This document shows positions 9,151 through 17,351 of a stretch of 64,000 nucleotides of DNA, in pieces. Position 1 is the first letter of the stretch; each line of letters opens with the position of its first letter. The DNA lies in assembly GCA_965221335.1 (NCBI GenBank), contig CBDCSC010000001.1:288519-352518 (forward strand). Reading direction: 5' to 3'. The notes under the pieces were generated by a model. The model had not been told where the DNA came from. It did not search any database and saw nothing but the letters and a program-made list of their open reading frames with translations. Origin of the DNA: Gammaproteobacteria bacterium. GTDB taxonomy: Bacteria > Pseudomonadota > Gammaproteobacteria > Eutrophobiales > Eutrophobiaceae. The position numbers were made by a program, and so were the translations under genes.

Positions 9151-10064
9151 GTAGGCCGCACTTCGTCTTATCTCTTGACGGAGGAGGTTCTCTTGGTGTT
9201 TATACGCTCGGTGTACTCGTCGAAGTAGAACGTATGCTCGACCGCCCCCTTCACGAAGTATTCGAACTCATTTATGGTACGAGCACTGGTGCAATCATCG
9301 CGTCCATGATTGCGCTAGGCGAGGACGTCGAGACTACCATCCAGAATCGCTATTTCGAGATCATTCCTGATGTGATGGGTAAATCTTTCGCTTGGAGTAG
9401 GAGCCGTGCGCTACATCGCCACGCTTCGGAGATATACCAAGGCAAGAAGTTCGATGCGTTCCTTACCAACGTCGGGATCGTTGCGACCCACGTTGAATAC
9501 AACCGGCCGATGGTATTCAAACGAACAGTCAGTCAGGCGCACGGTCGCACGTCGAGCTTCTCACCTGGGTTCGGTTGCACGATCGCTGATGCAGTCATAG
9601 CGTCCTCGGCTGCCTACCCAATCTTTTCAAAGAAGCGTATAGATACGGTAAATAGTGGTGTCCGGACCGTTGTTGACGGTGGGTATTGCGGCAACAATCC
9701 CGCGTTATTCGCCCTAACTGATGCGCTTGGGCCGCTTGGATTCTCTCCGGGTGATGTGCGGCTTCTTAGTATCGGTACAGGGCAGTTCCCTGAGCGCTTT
9801 CGCCTCCTTACACGGGCGCTGACGCTGTTTGCCCCGACGATAATGACGCTTCTTAAGACTAGTTCCAACACCGTTGAAGTTCTAGAACAACTCTTGTTCA
9901 AAGATGTCCGCACTCTACGGATCAATGATGGGCAGACGGGCAGTAGATACAAAACTGACTTAATTGAGAGTGACGTAGCGCTACTGAAACAGATCTTTGA
10001 CCTAGGTCGGGAATCGTTTGCCGTACACGAGAGCGATTTGCGCAAGTTCTTTGATATTTCCTAG
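9132..10064 (+). CDS. capV: patatin-like phospholipase, CapV-type CBASS effector
   Basis: 310 aa. It has the GGGxxG oxyanion motif (LDGGGSLG), the GxSxG nucleophile elbow (GTSTG) and a DGG catalytic Asp motif (VVDGGYCGNNP). Confidence 0.75.
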   Translation: MERLGMSRPHFVLSLDGGGSLGVYTLGVLVEVERMLDRPLHEVFELIYGTSTGAIIASMIALGEDVETTIQNRYFEIIPDVMGKSFAWSRSRALHRHASEIYQGKKFDAFLTNVGIVATHVEYNRPMVFKRTVSQAHGRTSSFSPGFGCTIADAVIASSAAYPIFSKKRIDTVNSGVRTVVDGGYCGNNPALFALTDALGPLGFSPGDVRLLSIGTGQFPERFRLLTRALTLFAPTIMTLLKTSSNTVEVLEQLLFKDVRTLRINDGQTGSRYKTDLIESDVALLKQIFDLGRESFAVHESDLRKFFDIS

Positions 10065-10367
10065 CACATGTCGAAGCAATCATGAGCAACTGCTATCGAG
10101 CCATGCGCCGTCTGTTCTTGGCGGATCTGAACCAATCATATAACGCTCACGTAGTCCGTGTAGGAAGGGACCAGAGTTAGTCAATGCGTAGGCAAATGGA
10201 TCCCAGCAGTTCGGGTGCGTGTTACACGCCAATTCGGCCGCTGATTCCACGGCAAACCGGCCACCCATCCCACGGCAAGCCGGCCGTTCTATGTCGAGAA
10301 TGCTCAAGAGGGATGGAGCAGCAGTGGGTTGCCAGGCTGCAGGCAAGCATGTAGCTCGTCCTCCATT

Positions 10368-10679
10368 TCAGGGTGTGACATTGTGTCCCTCGGCGCACTC
10401 CCGGCGCGGCTTCTCTTTCACGCACCGCCAGATCATCTCGCTGTCGATCCAGATACACTTGGTACATGTGGTATCGACGGCAATGAAATCGGATTCTCTC
10501 CGGTCCACTGGATTCGGCAATGTAGTCGGCATGCTGCCTTCGGTCATTTTCTCGATTCCTTTGTCAATTCTCGAAACATATCCGTGGGCATGATGCCCCT
10601 GCCAAAATGAGTCACGCCAGAACACGAAAATGGTTTTCGTTACTCTATGGTATCCGGGCACCCATCTTGGGAGTGCCAC
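10368..10679 (-). CDS. hypothetical small Cys-containing protein downstream of the OLD-like ATPase
   Basis: 103-aa ORF overlapping the 3' end of the ATPase gene by 40 nt (10640-10679; the two are in different frames, so this may be chance rather than operon structure). It contains CxxC-x10-C-x8-C. I recognise no family, and several other ORFs overlap it. Confidence 0.2.
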   Translation of the reverse strand: MALPRWVPGYHRVTKTIFVFWRDSFWQGHHAHGYVSRIDKGIEKMTEGSMPTTLPNPVDRRESDFIAVDTTCTKCIWIDSEMIWRCVKEKPRRECAEGHNVTP

Positions 10680-12109
10680 AAGCTATTGATGACCTCGTCT
10701 CCTAAGAATTCTGCCAATTGGCCAGTTGGTCTTTGTCGGCCAATTGTCTGAGCAGTTCTGATTGTCCAGTGCACGCTCTTTGGATCCAAAATAGAGTTTA
10801 GTTCACCTATTAGCTCCTTGATGTCCACAATTTGTCGATCCCAGTCCGGAGCCTTCTTCAGCTTTTGTTCCTTATTTCCATATTTGCTAGCATCCTTGAC
10901 AATCTTGGCGGAAGCATCCGCCCAATTAGTCCCCATGGCTATCAAGACCTCATCGGTCAGGTACAGGTTCTCTGTCTCGTGACACGCCAACTGAATGAAC
11001 CGAATGTGGTCTTGCGGGCACTGCGGTGAAGGCATTGGCTTCCCCTTGTCGGCGTCGATCAATGCAAAACCCGACAACTCAGCACCATCCTCTCGCAGAG
11101 CCGCAAACATCTGTTCTAAAGACCGTTGATATCGTTTTATCTCGTTACCGTTGGACGGGAGGACTGCAAACGACACAATATGATGTCTGGGTATCTGACT
11201 CCAAATTCTATAGTCGTCATCACCTTCGACCAGAAGCAATGGCACACCGAATAGAGGTCCCATTAGAGCGTGTCCGCCCAAGACTGCTGAGAGTTCTTTC
11301 GTTACAGCTGTAAAAGGCTGTGCTGCGAAATCCGACTTTGTACGATCAAGATAGAGAACACTTGTGTCGCTGTCCCCGAATTGGCCTAGTGCAGCCATGA
11401 ATGTTGTGCTGTGCGTAGCTACGAGAATTTGGAGACGATATTGTCGTGCCGCCTGAACCAGGAAGTCGGAGAAGCGTACCTGTAGGTCAGGGTGGATATG
11501 GGCGTCAGGTTCGTCAATTAGAATGAGACGTTTGTCTCTTTCGGCAATTTCCCATATCGCCCCCATTGTCAAAACGTCTAGACCAATCGTGAGTAGCTGA
11601 GCTTCACCGCTACTCAACTCATCAATAGATCCAACTTGGCTTTGGTCAACAGACCTCATCAATTTGTATGGGGGGTTTGCGACGCCATCCAAGGCTAACT
11701 CAAAGTCTGGAATTAACTGCCCCATCAATTTCTCTAGGTCTTGCGGGTTGCCCGGAAGTTTGTCGGCCCGAATGTTTCCGCGCGCTGTGAAATATGCTTG
11801 AACTCGCGACACGATATGTTGCCGATACTCGTTTAGGTAGTTCTTCTGGCTAACTTTGCGCCGTTGTAGTGCGCTGAGTTGAGTGCGCAAGTAGTTTGGC
11901 TCGAAATCAAGAGTTCCCGTTCTCTCGGGAACCACATAGTGGATGCTATCACTGTCTTTATCACGAAGTGCGCGCAACATTAGACTTTTCCCCGAGCCAT
12001 TTTTCCCGAAGACGACGGTAATCGTATTTAAGTTCTTCAACATCCAGGGCTTACCGCCTAATGTACCTGGCTGGTCGATTGAAACGTTCTGAAAATATGG
12101 ACTTGTCAT
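10640..12109 (-). CDS. OLD-family ATP-dependent nuclease (ABC-type ATPase with C-terminal TOPRIM-like domain)
   Basis: 489 aa. It has Walker A (GKNGSGKS), an ABC signature-like motif (LSSGEAQLL), Walker B (LILIDEPDAHIHP) and an H-loop (VATHS). The C-terminal region has a TOPRIM-like Glu (LLLVEGDDDYRIW) followed ~60 aa later by DxD (FALIDADKG). Confidence 0.6.
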   Translation of the reverse strand: MTSPYFQNVSIDQPGTLGGKPWMLKNLNTITVVFGKNGSGKSLMLRALRDKDSDSIHYVVPERTGTLDFEPNYLRTQLSALQRRKVSQKNYLNEYRQHIVSRVQAYFTARGNIRADKLPGNPQDLEKLMGQLIPDFELALDGVANPPYKLMRSVDQSQVGSIDELSSGEAQLLTIGLDVLTMGAIWEIAERDKRLILIDEPDAHIHPDLQVRFSDFLVQAARQYRLQILVATHSTTFMAALGQFGDSDTSVLYLDRTKSDFAAQPFTAVTKELSAVLGGHALMGPLFGVPLLLVEGDDDYRIWSQIPRHHIVSFAVLPSNGNEIKRYQRSLEQMFAALREDGAELSGFALIDADKGKPMPSPQCPQDHIRFIQLACHETENLYLTDEVLIAMGTNWADASAKIVKDASKYGNKEQKLKKAPDWDRQIVDIKELIGELNSILDPKSVHWTIRTAQTIGRQRPTGQLAEFLGDEVINSLWHSQDGCPDTIE

Positions 12110-12274
12110 GCGCGAATTCCAGCGATCTGCGCAGAGCTTTCAACAAGGCACTAGTGCACTGATCGCGTTGATTTGATGATTAAAATGTCGCCCGAAATCA
12201 CTACTGTCTGGTCAATAGTTGAGTTAATTCAATTGCGTAGGATTTACATGAACATCACGAGTGTAATTAAATTT

Positions 12275-12900
12275 TGTCATTTTGCACCGTAATAGAGCCG
12301 GCCATTTTCACTTTAATGGAGCCACTTTAAGGCGCTGATTTTCGAGTTCAGACACGGGTATTATTTCTCTGTTTCGGCCTGCTTTGCAAGCGGTTTATCG
12401 ATGGGCCTCGGTGAGCGGTAACTGTTCCCATCCAAGACCACCCGGTAGGCGTTGTGGCGTAACCGGTCAAGGGTGGCGGCGCCAAGCAACCGGTTCGGGA
12501 AGGCATCGCCCCATTCGCCGAAGTCCAGGTTGCTGGTGATGACGGTAGCCGCCCGCTCATAGCGCTCTGCGACCAGGTCATGGAAGTCTTCATCCTGGGG
12601 CGGTCGCAGGGGTTTGAGGCCGAAGTCATCAATAATCAACACGGGCGTTTTGGCCAGGCTCTGGAACTGTCGCTCATAGGAGTCGGTGGCTCGGGCCGCA
12701 TGCAGCGTGCCCAGCAACCGGGATTGCGTCATAAACATCACATCGTGGCCCTGTCGCACGGCAGCATGACCGATGGCTTGGGCGATATGGCTCTTGCCGG
12801 TGCCACAGGGGCCGGCAATCAGGACGGCCACGCGCTCTTCGATGAAGCGACCGGTGACCAACTCATAGGGCAGCGCTGCGTTGATGTTGGGGTTGAAATC
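12275..12900 (-). mobile_element. istB: IS21-family remnant: terminal inverted repeat plus the 3' portion of istB
   Basis: TGTCATTTTGCACCG begins at 12275 and is followed by direct sub-repeats (GAGCCGGCCATTTTCACTTTAATGGAGCCACTTTAAGG), as in IS21-type multi-repeat ends. The ORF segment from about 12361 to 12900 encodes an IstB-like C-terminal ~175 aa (VLIAGPCGTGKSH Walker A, LIIDDFG Walker B). The IstB N-terminus and all of istA are missing. Confidence 0.55.
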
Positions 12901-13791
12901 AACGTCCGCGCTCGAGGCCTGAATGGACTCCCAGAGCAGGTGTGCGTAGCGCGCGGTCGAGTCGACTTTCCGGTGCCCTAGCAGTTTGCCGATCATCGAC
13001 AGGCCCTCGCCAATCGCGATCGCGTAAGAGGCGTAGGCGTGCCGCAGGTCGTGCAACCGCACATCGTCGAGGCCGGCGCGTTCCCGGATCCGGTCCCATA
13101 AAGTGCTGACGTTCACCTGGCGAGTGCTCTTCTTCCTGCCGGGAAACACCCACGGATTGTCGGTTGCCCTCAGAAGATCGGCCAGCACGTCCGCGACGGC
13201 CGGAGGAAGCGGTACGACGCAGGGACCCGTCTTGCTGTCGCGCAGCCGCATTTTGAACCGGCAGATCAGCTTGCATGGGTTTCGCCCCGGTGGACGCATC
13301 TGCCAGAGTTCCGCGAGGTCGAACATCTTCACCAGGATGTTCACGCAACTGTTGGTCGTGGTGGGCACCCGGCGCAACTTGTACTGGAACTCGAAGATGT
13401 CGTTGCGTTCCACCCCGGCCACCTTGAGTTACCCGAGGCGCGGCACGATGTGGTTCCGCAGCATCAGCCAGTAGGTATTGACCGTACCCGGCTTGCAGTG
13501 CGCCGCGACGTGCTCGCGCATGTAGCATCCGGCGAGATCCGAAACGGTCGGATCGGGCGCGGGCGCAATCTCGCCATGGTGGCCCACGGTCACGCGCTTC
13601 GACGTGCCGTTAGCACGCGTCTGAATGACGTACACTTTGCGTCCCGATGGATAGACGCTCACGCCGAAGCCCGGCAACTCGCGGTCCCAGAACACCGCGT
13701 CCTTGCCGTCGACCGCCAGCCGGTCCACGATTCGCTTGGAGAGGGTGAGGTACTGGCGTTGGGGCATGTCGTCGTTCGTCGGCAGGACCAT
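12901..13791 (-). pseudogene. int: P4-type tyrosine integrase, inactivated by an in-frame TAA at 13429-13431 and truncated or fused at the 3' end with the istB fragment
   Basis: The 13429-13791 ORF encodes an N-terminal arm/DUF4102-like domain (LTLSKRIVDRLAVDGKDAVFWDRELPGFGVSV). It continues in the SAME frame after a single TAA into the catalytic region (HDLRHAYASYAIAIGEGLSMIGKLLGHRKVDSTARYAHL), which then runs directly into IstB-like sequence. Confidence 0.6.
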
Positions 13792-13988
13792 TCCAGCCAG
13801 TCCCGACGGGACGTACTTACGTAAGCATACAGAACGCGACTGACTTGAAATCTGAGGGTATTACAGCGTATCGACAGTGTAGATGCAAGGCATACGGCGA
13901 CGGAGATGAAATCAATTTATAGAATATTTACAATGCTTTATGCAAACTCTGCGCACGAGAGCGCACTCGAGTCGGAGAGGTAGAAATA

Positions 13989-14691
13989 TCAAACTCGGTT
14001 AACCCGCAAATCGGACAGATTCCCGGTTGGGAACGGACCAACCCGTCCGTCCACCAGGTTGAGTATATTGTCCGACAATGACTGCGCCCGCAATCGGTCG
14101 TGGGCGCTGAAAATAATAGTTTTGGTCCTGGCATCCCGTTGTTCAGCAATCCAGGTCTCGATTTCAATGACTGTGACCTCATCCAGGTAAGTGAATGGTT
14201 CATCCATGATGACCACCTCGGGTTGTGGAGCCAGGGCCCGGGCCAACGCCACTTTTTGGATTTCACCGCCCGACAGCTTGCCGGCATCCCGAGCCAAAAG
14301 GCCTGTCAGTCCCAGTTCTCCAGCGACGGCATCCACAGCAACGTCGATCGCGCGTCGTGTTGCGCCCCTTAACTTCAGCCCCAGGCCGATATTGTCCCGG
14401 ACGGACATTTTCATCAGGTAGGGTTTCTGCTGCACATACCCCACCTGGCGGCGCAGGCGCGTGCCTAGCGTTGCTGACGCCGGCTTGCCGCGGAACAATA
14501 TCGTGCCCGTGTCCGGCTTTCTCAGGAAAGCCAGCATGTCAAACAGCGTGCTTTTCCCTGAACCGTTGGGCCCGATCACAGCGGTGACCCGGTTGTGGTC
14601 GATATGAAGTTCATCCAGGTCGAGCGCTTTCCTGCTGCCATAGGAAAATGTCAGCCCGGAGATTTGATACAGATGGTCCACCGGCGCGCTA
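13989..14691 (-). CDS. ABC transporter ATP-binding protein (tungstate/molybdate-type, TupC-like)
   Basis: Walker A GPNGSGKS, signature LSGGEIQKV, Walker B VVIMDEP and an H-loop (SAHD). The likely start is the GTG giving VDHLYQISGL, which would overlap the permease stop. The longer listed ORF extension overlaps the permease and is discounted. Confidence 0.6.
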
Positions 14692-14697
14692 TCCCTG

Positions 14698-15387
14698 TCA
14701 ACCCATGGCCTGGAATCGCTGTACCACGAAATTGACCAGAAAGGCTGTTGCCAGCAACAATACTCCCAGAGCCAGCGCAAACTCGAATTCACCCTTGCTG
14801 GTTTCCAGCGCAATCGCAGTCGTCATGGTGCGGGTAAAACCTTCGATATTGCCGCCCAACATCATTGCGATACCCACTTCGCCGATGGCCCGGCCAAAAC
14901 CGGCAACCATTGCGGCAGCCAGCGCATATCTCACTTCGTTCACATAGATTGCGCACTGCTGCAAGGTGGATGCGCCCAGGGCCTGACTGGTGGGCAGCAG
15001 CCGCGGGTCGGCCCCGGAGGCCGCGGCAATGGACAGGTTCCAGATAATCGGCAGTATCAACAGCGTCTGGCCGATGATGATGGCGCTGATCGTATACAAC
15101 AGCCCCAAGTGGCCCAAGGCTCCCTGTCTGGTCAGCAGGCCGTACAGCAACAGGCCCACCACCACCGTGGGCAGGGCCATCAGGGTATTCAGCATCTGCT
15201 GCAACAGGCGCTTGCCGGGAAATTCCTTCAGCACCACCAGGATGCCCAGGGGGATGCCGAAAAGCGATGCCAGCGCCACCGCAACCACCGATATCTGCAG
15301 CGAAGTCCAAACGACCGTATAGATTTCCCGGTCAAAACTGACAATCAGCGCCAGTGCCGCGCTGAACGCCGCGGAAAAGAAATCCAT
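14698..15387 (-). CDS. ABC transporter permease (TupB-like, COG4662-type)
   Basis: 229 aa, multi-pass hydrophobic, with an EAA-like loop region (AMMLGGNIEGF). It is cotranscribed with the ATPase. No substrate-binding protein gene is adjacent. Confidence 0.55.
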   Translation of the reverse strand: MDFFSAAFSAALALIVSFDREIYTVVWTSLQISVVAVALASLFGIPLGILVVLKEFPGKRLLQQMLNTLMALPTVVVGLLLYGLLTRQGALGHLGLLYTISAIIIGQTLLILPIIWNLSIAAASGADPRLLPTSQALGASTLQQCAIYVNEVRYALAAAMVAGFGRAIGEVGIAMMLGGNIEGFTRTMTTAIALETSKGEFEFALALGVLLLATAFLVNFVVQRFQAMG

Positions 15388-15394
15388 CGCAGTT

Positions 15395-15757
15395 TCAGGC
15401 GGCAGTGAGTCCCAGGATCGCCAGCAACAACGCGATCAATGCCAGCACAAAGGCAAACGCAGACCGTTGCTGCGCCCGCTGCAGGGACTCTGCCAGCGCC
15501 TCGTTCTGACGCGCAAGCTGCTCTATGAGTCGGAGTTGCTCGACACTGGCTTGATCCATTGAGTCCAGGCGCGCCTGCAGCCTGCCGATCACTTCTTCCA
15601 GGTTGTCCAGCGTAACCGGCACCTGTTCGGCGGGCGCGGGCCTGTTCTGTTCCCGTTCTCTGATTAAATCGACCAGCTTGCCGGCTGCCTGGATGATCAC
15701 GGGGGCGGAATTCAGCAGCGTACCGATGGTAAAAGGATTCATGAACTTTTTAATCAC
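15395..15757 (-). CDS. hypothetical small protein, coiled-coil with a C-terminal TM helix
   Basis: 120 aa with a Leu/Gln/Arg-rich coiled-coil segment (LDSMDQASVEQLRLIEQLARQNEALAESLQRAQQ) and a hydrophobic tail (AFAFVLALIALLLAILGLTAA). Confidence 0.35.
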   Translation of the reverse strand: MIKKFMNPFTIGTLLNSAPVIIQAAGKLVDLIREREQNRPAPAEQVPVTLDNLEEVIGRLQARLDSMDQASVEQLRLIEQLARQNEALAESLQRAQQRSAFAFVLALIALLLAILGLTAA

Positions 15758-15871
15758 TCTGATTTCTAACTTAAGGAATTACACGCAAGTGCGCTTGAAA
15801 AATTTTATCTCATCCCCATTTTTTATACCAGTAACACAGTTAACCCGAACAACCCCTTTGGAGGTGACAAC

Positions 15872-16297
15872 ATGGTCAGATTATTCACAAGTCCGGTTGA
15901 CAGCCTTTTGTCATTGCAGAAATCGCTGTCGGATACGATGCTGAGCGACTGGTTCGGTTCAGGACTCAGCAGCCGCGGCGGTTTCCCACCGATCAACATT
16001 TTTCAGGTGGACGGCGAGTACGCAATCATTGCTGAACTGCCCGGCGTCAATAAGGACAGTATCGATATTGATGTGCAGCGCAACCGCGTCAGGATTTCAG
16101 GCAATAAGGAAGTAAATTACGGTGAAGGCACCAGCCTGCACCGGCGTGAACGGCAGACCGGTGCGTTTGACCGCACCTTTGCCACGCCGTTTGAAATAGA
16201 TGCTGAAAAGGTCAAGGCCGATTACCGTGACGGTATCCTGGCGCTGTCCTTGCCACGCGCCGAGCAGGACAAGCCGCGCTCGATCAGTATTTCCTGA
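15872..16297 (+). CDS. Hsp20/alpha-crystallin small heat-shock protein
   Basis: 141 aa with an alpha-crystallin domain (FDRTFATPFEIDAEKVKADYRDGILALSLPR). Confidence 0.8.
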   Translation: MVRLFTSPVDSLLSLQKSLSDTMLSDWFGSGLSSRGGFPPINIFQVDGEYAIIAELPGVNKDSIDIDVQRNRVRISGNKEVNYGEGTSLHRRERQTGAFDRTFATPFEIDAEKVKADYRDGILALSLPRAEQDKPRSISIS

Positions 16298-16302
16298 AGC
16301 GT

Positions 16303-16322
16303 TATTTCAGCAAGCTCTGAAC
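16303..16322. repeat. Family-B half-element (AAGCTCTGAACAAGTCCATA), lacking the inverted partner
   Basis: It shares 18/19 nt with the left half of the other family-B copies and sits 6 nt after the first hsp20 stop. Confidence 0.4.
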
Positions 16323-16364
16323 AAGTCCATAACTACGATCCAATATTTCAGTTAGGAGGATATC

Positions 16365-16763
16365 ATGGCAAAGAATCAAGATTTAACTCCGCAAGAGAAG
16401 AAAGAACTCGATGCAAAGGAGGAAAAGACCTATGCCGGCAAATTTTACATTCCCGGCACCGACATTTTCGAGAGTGGTGATGCAATCACCATGGCGATGG
16501 AAATGCCCGGCGTGAGCCGAGACAATATCGACATCAAACTGGAGAAGCGCCAGCTTTCGGTCCAGGGCCAAATCGATTTCGATAACTATACCGACTTCAA
16601 GCCGGTCTACACGGAATACAATGTCGGCCACTTCAGCCGCAATTTTACCCTGTCAAGCGAGATCGACACGGATAATATCAAGGCAAATGTCGCCGACGGT
16701 GTACTGACCCTGATACTTCCGAAAGCGAAGGAAACCCAGCTCAGGAAGATCCAGGTCAACTAG
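16365..16763 (+). CDS. Hsp20/alpha-crystallin small heat-shock protein (paralogue)
   Basis: 132 aa (FSRNFTLSSEIDTDNIKANVADGVLTLILPK). Confidence 0.8.
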   Translation: MAKNQDLTPQEKKELDAKEEKTYAGKFYIPGTDIFESGDAITMAMEMPGVSRDNIDIKLEKRQLSVQGQIDFDNYTDFKPVYTEYNVGHFSRNFTLSSEIDTDNIKANVADGVLTLILPKAKETQLRKIQVN

Positions 16764-16781
16764 AAATAACCCACCCAACCG

Positions 16782-16814
16782 ACGGCGGCTATATTCGACA
16801 GGGATAGCCGCCGT
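16782..16814. terminator. candidate bidirectional intrinsic terminator between the hsp20 pair and vsr
   Basis: Perfect 11-bp inverted repeat ACGGCGGCTAT / ATAGCCGCCGT with an 11-nt loop, then TTAAATCATT. It lies between convergent genes. Confidence 0.45.
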
Positions 16815-16892
16815 TAAATCATTGTGTGAGTCTAGGAAGGTTAAACGGGGATGCCTGGAGATAGAACCCAGATCCCGTTTAGAAATTATATT

Positions 16893-17351
16893 TCAATGTG
16901 TCCTTTGTAGTAGTTTTCCAAGACGATTAATTTTTCTTCTGCTAATTTCATTATCCTTTAGTTCACATTCCCAAATTCGCAATACTTTCCATCCCCTTTT
17001 TTTAATCGTCCTATTAACCAATTTATCGCGTTTTTTATTGGCATTTATTTTTTTTATCCAAAACTCGTTGTTGTTTTCTGGAATTTGACCATGCTTTGGA
17101 CAATCATGCCAAAAACAGCCGTCGACAAATATCGCTACTTTACTATTTGGAAATGTAATATCTGGTTTGCCAAAAATAGGATATCTCCGACGCCAGCCTA
17201 CCAATCGTTTCTGTTTTAATAGTTCGATCAATTTCCCTTCGGTTGATTTATTTCCAGAGGAACGCACTCTACCCATCAGCCATGAGCGTTTTTCCTTTGA
17301 ATAAACATCAACCATTGTTTTGATGAGGGGCTTTTTTCTCGCACATATCAA
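16893..17351 (-). CDS. vsr: very-short-patch repair endonuclease
   Basis: 152 aa with the diagnostic Vsr motif FVDGCFWHDCPKHG. It overlaps the upstream GHKL gene by 44 nt and lies inside the low-GC block. Confidence 0.8.
   Translation of the reverse strand: MICARKKPLIKTMVDVYSKEKRSWLMGRVRSSGNKSTEGKLIELLKQKRLVGWRRRYPIFGKPDITFPNSKVAIFVDGCFWHDCPKHGQIPENNNEFWIKKINANKKRDKLVNRTIKKRGWKVLRIWECELKDNEISRRKINRLGKLLQRTH

Noticed and set aside
10640-12109. Considered annotating the ATPase as an ABC transporter ATP-binding subunit or as RecF/SbcC
   Set aside because: There is no permease partner. The C-terminal E...DxD TOPRIM-like region and the defense-island context fit an OLD-family nuclease better.
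13792-13990. Looked for a tRNA gene or att site next to the integrase N-terminus, the usual P4-type arrangement
   Set aside because: No tRNA-like sequence is present in the 200 bp upstream of the integrase. There is no T-loop GGTTCGAATCC-like motif or acceptor/anticodon stem pattern.
14692-14813. N-terminal 41-aa extension of the ABC ATPase ORF
   Set aside because: It overlaps the permease gene end and has no ATPase homology. A GTG start giving VDHLYQISGL just before the Walker A region is more plausible.
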